Assembly: GCF_009914755.1 (NCBI RefSeq)
Contig: NC_060947.1
Direction: 5' to 3' (one strand)
Source: the human T2T-CHM13v2.0 reference genome, Homo sapiens
Length of the DNA stretch: 64,000 nt
The notes under the pieces were generated by a model. That model searched no databases, had not been told where the DNA came from, and worked only from the letters and a program-made list of their open reading frames with translations. Of the stretch, positions 57,414 to 64,000 are shown piece after piece (position 1 is the stretch's first letter; each line of letters opens with the position of its first letter). A program made the position numbers and the translations under genes.

Positions 57414-58499
57414 TAATATAAAGGGAGAGGTGCTAGGAAAATCCCCAATATAAACATAATACCTCTTCTGTGCTGTTGTCTACAGTTCAATTATCAGAGT
57501 ATTTTTTTCCTTTGGTTGAGTCGTGCCCACTTCTCATGTCCCACTTGAAAAGCCATAAACTTACTAACATGTCAGTACAAATGTGCTTATCACACAGTGC
57601 ACTTTCCAGAGAGGTGACAAGCCCAAAAGACCCCCGTGCCCAGGAAGGGGTGGGGAGTTATGGGAGAAGAAATGAGTTAGGGAGCAGAAAGCAGGATCGG
57701 GGGCTGGTTAAAAGACAGATCAAAGGAAAACTGAAAGACCCCTCAAAGGTAGTTTCTACCAACCTCATACTTCACAGCCTCACAACCTGGCCCAGTCTCA
57801 GGACAAATGGAGATATATATATATATGCACTTATACAATTATATACGTAAATTATGCGTGTGGGTGTACTTTTTTCCCAGCACACTGATGTTAAGGGAGA
57901 AATGAAAAATACCATGTAAGTAGATAACACCTAAAAAGTAAGCATCACGAGTGAGCTATATAGACAGGATTTCCAGGAAGCTAATCATATCTCACAAAGA
58001 AATTGAGATGCCCTCTTTATCTTTATCTGAAAAGAAAGTCTTTCCAGCTATAATAAACTTATAATTTAGAAGAGCTCAAAAAGTCTTCCAGCTTTGTTAG
58101 TGAAAAGCAACCTGTCTTTAAGTGCCCCAGGTCATGTCTTCTTTTCTCATCTCAAATTATTCTGGGACAATCAGAAAGAAAGTGATCTACATCTGTTTAC
58201 CTTGCTGAAAAAAGAAAAATGTCAGAGCTGCCTGCCAGGAGTTTTTTACAGTGTAGTTCCTCTTAGACACAGGAAATGGGGAGAAAGTCGCTGTCATTTA
58301 ACAGATATTAATTTTGACCAGCCATGAATGAAACTTCTGCTGCTCCTGAAAAATATGTGTAGCTTGCCATGCCCTCAGACATGTGATTGGAATCAATTCT
58401 CCACCTGTCCATGACTTTTGCCATGTGGTTTTGCCGCGGAAAAATCACTAAAGCATCTCACTAAAGCAGCAGTCTATCTTTGCCCCTCCAGTCTGAGCC

Positions 58500-58695
58500 C
58501 CACCTGTAAAGGGCCTGGGAGTAATAGTTGAGGCTTTGCAAGCAAGACTGTCTCTTTTGCAACTACTTGTAGCACAAAAGTGGCTACAGAAAATATGTGT
58601 ATAAATGGACATGAATGTATTCCAATGAAACTTTATTTACAAGAGCAGATGGCCAGCCAGATTTGGCCCACAGCCATAGTTTGCCTACTTCTAGC
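58500..58695. mobile_element. MER58A-like MITE
   Basis: ctgtaaagggcc...ttccaatgaaactttatttacaa...gatttggccc...tagtttgcc. Confidence 0.75.
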
Positions 58696-59049
58696 CTAGA
58701 CACACTATTACCATAGCAATAATAGCTAATGATCATATTGACAAGAACTTACTTATGTCATTGTGATGTAGTGTTCCCTTCACCCAGAAGGCTCTGCCCA
58801 CCTGTGCTTGTTGTCAATATCCTTTTTCTTTATGTCTTACACTCCTCTTCCAAGAAGCCTGAGACTGCTTACTTAGAAGAGTGTTCTAATCACCTATTTA
58901 CTCATCCTTCTCCTTCATCACACTAAAAGTGTCTAAAAGCAAGGTTATGTCTTAATCACTTTTATATACCCAGAGCCTTGCGGAGAACCTAGACCATAGA
59001 AGATGCTCAGTAAGTGAATGTGAAGTGAATAATTCAAGGAAATACAATC

Positions 59050-60190
59050 ACTTCAAGAGAATGAGAGGACAAGCCACAAACTAGGAGAAAATGTTTGCAA
59101 AAGACAGATCTGATAAAGAACTATAATCCAAAATACACAAAGAACTCTTAAAACCCCGCAATATGGAAAATGAACAATCCAGTTTAAAAAATGGGCAAAA
59201 GATCTGAACAGACATCTCACCAAAGAAGATATGAAGATGGCAAATAAACATATGAAAACATGCTCCATATCATCTGTCATCAAGAAAATGCAAATTAAAA
59301 CAACAATGAAATAGCACTACATACCTATTAGAATGGTGAAAATCCAAAACACTGATAACACCAAATGCTGGCAAGAATGTGGAGCAACAAGAGCTCTCAT
59401 TCATTACTAGTGGGACTACAATATGGTACAGCCACCTTGGAAGACAGTTCAGCAGTTTCTTGCAAAACTAAACATACTCTTACCATACAATCCAGCAATC
59501 ATGCTCTTTGGTATTTACCCAAACAAGTAGAAAATTTATGTCTTCACAAAAACCTACATACAGATGTTTATAGCAGCCTTCTTCATAATTGCCAAAATTT
59601 GGAAGCAACCAAGATGTCCTTCAGTACCTGGATAAATGGTGGTACATCCAGACAATGAAATATCTTTCAATGCTAAAAAGAAATGAGCTATCAAGCTATG
59701 AAAAGACAGGAAAGAACCTTAAATACATATTACTAAGTGAAAGAAGCCAATCTGAAAAGTCTACATACTGTATGGTTCTAACTATATGACATTTTGGAAA
59801 AGGTGAAACTATGGAGATGGTAAAAAGGTCAGTTTTCTCCAGGGGTTGGGAAGAGGGAGGGATGAATAGGCAAAGCACAGAGGATGTATAGGAATGTGAA
59901 AGTATTCTGTATGATACTGTAATGGTGGATCCATATCATTATACATTTGTCCAAACCCATAGAATGTGCACCACTAAGAGTGAACCCTGATGCAAACTGC
60001 ACTTTGGATGATAACGACATGTCAACGTAGGTTCATCAATTGTAACAAATGAACCACTGTGGTGTGGGATGTTGGTAATGGAGGAGGCCAGATGTGGTAC
60101 AGGGGAAGGGGACATATGAAATTCTATGCTTTCTGCTTAATTTTGCTGTAAAATGAAAATTGCTCTAAAAATAGTCTATTTTTAAAAATG
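59050..60190 (+). mobile_element. L1MC1-like 3' portion
   Basis: ORF2-end motifs plus 3' UTR cattatacatttgtccaaacccatagaatgt. Confidence 0.85.
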
Positions 60191-60435
60191 CACATGCAAT
60201 TACATATCATTGTTGCAAGTCTTTACTCAGCCTCTTCTATGGCCCTTATTCTCAGGAGACACTGAAAGCTAATTACTTGATTAGACAATGGCTCCTTAGA
60301 TCTGACAAGGTCGAAGCACAACCAAAAGCACAAGTGACAAAAGAAAAAATAGATAAATTGGACTTCACCAAAATTAAAAATGCTTGTGCTGCAAATGTTA
60401 CTATCAAGAAAATCAAAACACAGAACAGGCAAGTG

Positions 60436-61738
60436 TTTTTTTTTTTCCCACATAAAAACGGCATCTGCTTTATTTGGTATACTTTCATTTCAGAACAAAA
60501 TAAACAAAAAAGCACAATACACAACATCCAATATCCTGTTATAAAAGTAGAAAGAGAATGGGGCTTAAGGCTCTTGTTTCCTGCCTTAGACACACGGACA
60601 GGACAGAAAAAACACTAGACATCAGCAGAGGGAGCCAGGTGGGATAAGGCCACTCAAGGCCGCGGGACAGAGCCACTCAAGGAACCATGGGGACACTATA
60701 CAAGGGCACAAGGTTTCCAAATATAAACTCCTAGTCTACTTCTTCCATGTAAGACCCATTCTCCTCACCCTCAAGCAGGGGTATCTCATCAGAAACAACA
60801 GCACTGGGTTCCTCTGTTGTCACTTCATCTTCATCAATACCTATACCTAGCTTGATCATGTGGTAGATGCAGGTGGAGGGTCTGGGGATCCTCAAGGGAG
60901 AAGCCAGAAGAAAACAGAGCAGTTTCAAACAGCAGCACCACCAGGTCCTTGACAGCTTTGCTGTTCTTGTCTGTCTCAGCCTTCTGCTGCAGCATCTCCA
61001 CAATGGGGTGGTCGGGTTGATCTCCACGCGCTTTTTGGCCACCATGTAGCCCATTAGAGAGTTGTCTCCAAGTGTCTGAGCTTTCTTGATTCACTCCATA
61101 TTGGCTGTCCAGCCATAGGGTGCTGATCACAATGCAGCAGGGTGAAGACACAAGCCTATTGGAGGCTGTCACCTTCTCAACCTTCTTATCTAAGATTTCT
61201 TTCATAAGCTTGCAGAGGTTCTCAAACTTTGCCTTGCTCTCCTCCATTTTCTTCTTCTCCTCTCATCCTCAGGTAGCTCGACCTGAGGTAATAGAGACCA
61301 GGCTTTTCTTATCAAACTCCTTGACCAGCTGCACGCAGTACTCATCAGTGAGCTTGGTCTAATATAACACCTCGAAGCCCCGCTTTGAGAGGTGTCTACC
61401 TGCTCTTTGCTCTCACCAGTGATGTAATAGATGGACTTCTGTGCCTCCTTCATGTGAGAGAGATACTCTGACAGAGATGTCATCTCATCTTCAGACTGGG
61501 AGGTGTGATAGCACAGCAGCTCAGACAGACGTCCCTGGTTGGTGGAGTCCTCATGGATCCCAAGGTTTAGATTTTTAGAGAATGCCTCATAGAATTTCTT
61601 GTAATTCTCCTTCACTTCTGCCAGCTCAGAGAAGGGCTCAAGCCACTTCTTAACAACGTTTTCATGAATGACTTTCAAGATTTCGCTCTGCTGGAGCACT
61701 TCTCAGGAGATGTTCAGGGGCAGATCCTCAGGGTCCAA
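60436..61738 (-). pseudogene. HSP90AB1: 5'-truncated processed pseudogene of HSP90AB1 (Hsp90-beta); symbol given is the parent gene
   Basis: Intronless. Peptides lie in several frames: [47 protein letters not shown] (beta-type), [49 protein letters not shown] and [16 protein letters not shown] (stop 60731-60733). 3' UTR, AATAAA (60469-60474) and an A11 tail are present. Frameshifts, deletions and stops. Confidence 0.95.
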
Positions 61739-61802
61739 TAGTTCAAATAATTAAACAGGAAAAGAGATTGACAGCAAAACTAACTATTAAAAGGAATGCA
61801 TT

Positions 61803-62247
61803 CAATTCGCAATTGCAGATATGGAACCAACCTAAGTGCCCATCAACCAACAAGTGGATAAAGAAAATGTGGTATATATACACCATGGAATACTACTCAG
61901 CCATAAAAAGGAATAAAATAATGTCTTTTGCAGCAACTTGGATGGAGTGGAGGCCATTATTCTAAGTGGAATAACTCAGAAATGGAAAACCAAATATCGT
62001 ATGTTCTCACTTATAAGTGGGTGCTAAGCTATGAGGATGCAAAGGCATAAGAATGATATAATGGACTTTGGGGACTGTGGAGGGGGAAGTTAGGAGGGGG
62101 TGAGAGATAAAAGACTACATATTGGGTACCGTGTACACTGCTTGGGTGATGGGGAGAGCAAAAGTCTCAGAAATCACCACTAAAGAATGTATCCATGTAA
62201 CCAAAACCACCTGTACCCCCAAAACTATTGAAATAAAAATAAAAATT
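61803..62247 (+). mobile_element. L1PB1-like 3' end
   Basis: WNQPKCPS..WYIYTMEYYSAIK; 3' UTR gctaagctatgaggatgcaaaggcataagaatg; TSD-like aaaag..tgcatt. Confidence 0.88.
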
Positions 62248-62939
62248 AAAAGAGTGCATTAAGTAGATATTTTTAGGAAAAAACATATAATCTCTTATCC
62301 CCACCAATGTTATACAGTCTTAGTAGCAAGTAGAATATATATAATTGTAATTGTTGCAAAATTGCTTTGTGTACTCTAAAAGTAAACAAAATAAGCTTTG
62401 AGAATTGTATTTAGTTTTTTGTTATCTAAAAAACACCTCAAAAACATTGCAGCTATGAAAACGGTGGAGAATTTCCAGGCCAATTTCTGCATGAAAGCCT
62501 GACCCTGTAGGGCTAAGGGGAAAAGCAAAGCCTCAAAACTTCTGGAGTCCTTTGTACCCTCATCAATAATGCAAACACTTGCCCTCAATTCCATAGCCTC
62601 CCTGGGCCGGAAGAACTGACGCTGAAGTCCAAAGCACACAGAAAAGGGGGTGTCCTGGGGTAAGGGCGGGGCCGGATCTAGACCTGCCTGCCCCACTTCT
62701 CACCGAACCCCCATCGCCACCACCAAGCCTCTTGGAACTGCTCTGATCTGAGCCAGAGCATCAGGAACGTCAAATGTCAAATCAAGCTTGGAGCAGCTAA
62801 CTTTGAGGGATAGTTATCTACTTTAAATTTTGGATGTTTTAAAAATATTTGAAACAAAAGTCATCTCTGTAATCCCTTTTCAGCCATTTTTTAATCTTCT
62901 TTTGGACTAAGGTGTTTAAATCAATAATTTAAAGAAACT

Positions 62940-62943
<4 letters not shown>

Positions 62944-62981
<38 letters not shown>
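62944..62981. repeat. (TA)n microsatellite
   Basis: Seen directly. Confidence 0.95.
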
Positions 62982-62992
<11 letters not shown>

Positions 62993-63179
62993 ATATTAGA
63001 AATGACAATCAAAAAGTTCAACTTTAATTAACCACTTCATTGGTTGTGAGTTTCACTTCCTAGCAGTCATCCACTAATTAATATTTGTTAATCTCCATAG
63101 CAGAGTGAACAGACCCAAAAGTCACAAAAAAAGTCCTTTGACTTAAAAAGGAGAAGAATTTATTTCCTTTAAAAGAAAG

Positions 63180-63556
63180 AGCAAAGACAAATACCGTATG
63201 ATCTTACTTATGTGTGGAATCTAATAAAGTTGAACTCATGGAAGCAGAGAATAGAATGGTGGTTACCAGGGGCTGTGGGCGGGGCAGATGTTGGTCAAAG
63301 AGTACAAAGTTTGTTAAACAGAAGGAATAAGTTAAGAGGTCTATTGTGCAACATGGAGACTGTAGTTAATAACAATATATTATATACTTGAAAATTGCTA
63401 AGATTTTGTGTTCTTACCACAAATAAATATTTAAGGTAATGCATATGTTAATTAGCTCAATTTAGCCATTCCACACAATGTAGACATAATTCCAAACCTC
63501 ATGCCATACACCATAAACATATACACAATTATTTGTTAATTTAAATAAATAAATAA
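63180..63556 (+). mobile_element. L1MA 3' end
   Basis: gacaaataccgtatgatc...gaatggtggttaccagggg...aataaataaataa tail. Confidence 0.8.
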
Positions 63557-64000
63557 GGAGTGGCAATTTGATTAATCAAAAATGGGGGAGGGGGGATTTA
63601 TACTAGATCCAGTCAACCAATAGCCAGGCTTTGTTTCCAGCTAATTAAATAGTAGAAAAGAATATGGTTTCCACCCATTCGACAAGAGTATGATAAGCTA
63701 AGGAGTAATGACAAAATGCAATTAATTTCACTATCTTTTCAATCATTTCAAGTGTTTGGTTCTATTCTATATGATTCTTTATTCAAGTTTGGTTCTATTC
63801 TATATGATTTTTTTTTCTTTTTAATTTTACTCCCAACATTTTTAACCTTATTATTAGGAACGTCATAGTTCCTAAAACATTGTTTTCTGGCTGAAGTATG
63901 AATTTTGCAAGTATAGTTTGTCGATATTAACTAGAAAAGAAAACGTGATCCTACATAATCACATGGGACAGTAACAAAAGAATATGGAAAGATGCTTTTA

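Noticed and set aside
60436-61738. Assigning a numbered HSP90AB pseudogene symbol or chromosome
   Set aside because: The paralogous retrocopies cannot be distinguished without alignment.

Overview
This is primate (human or other catarrhine) intronic or intergenic DNA. I find no intact protein-coding gene, RNA gene or CRISPR array. Almost every ORF in the track is a by-product of Alu, L1, LTR or low-complexity sequence. The only clear cellular-gene relic is a 5'-truncated, frameshifted HSP90AB1 processed pseudogene (- strand, ~60436-61738, ending in MEEVD). The rest is layered transposon fossils: about 17 Alus, L1/L2/MIR fragments, MaLR LTRs, MER11, MER4, LTR7, a two-LTR ERV-L skeleton, Tigger/Charlie MITEs and a decayed hAT transposase. 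The most unusual structures are: (1) a MER11 LTR capped by an inverted copy of its own first 70 bp, with a TSD-like 6-mer around the whole unit; (2) an old inverted duplication spanning a MER58 end plus flanking DNA; (3) a recursive-splice-site-like (Y)nCAG|GTAAGT; and (4) two convergent, identical 13-bp CTCF cores. Repeat family names come from my recall of consensus sequences, not a database search. Subfamily calls, and edges without a TSD, are approximate.
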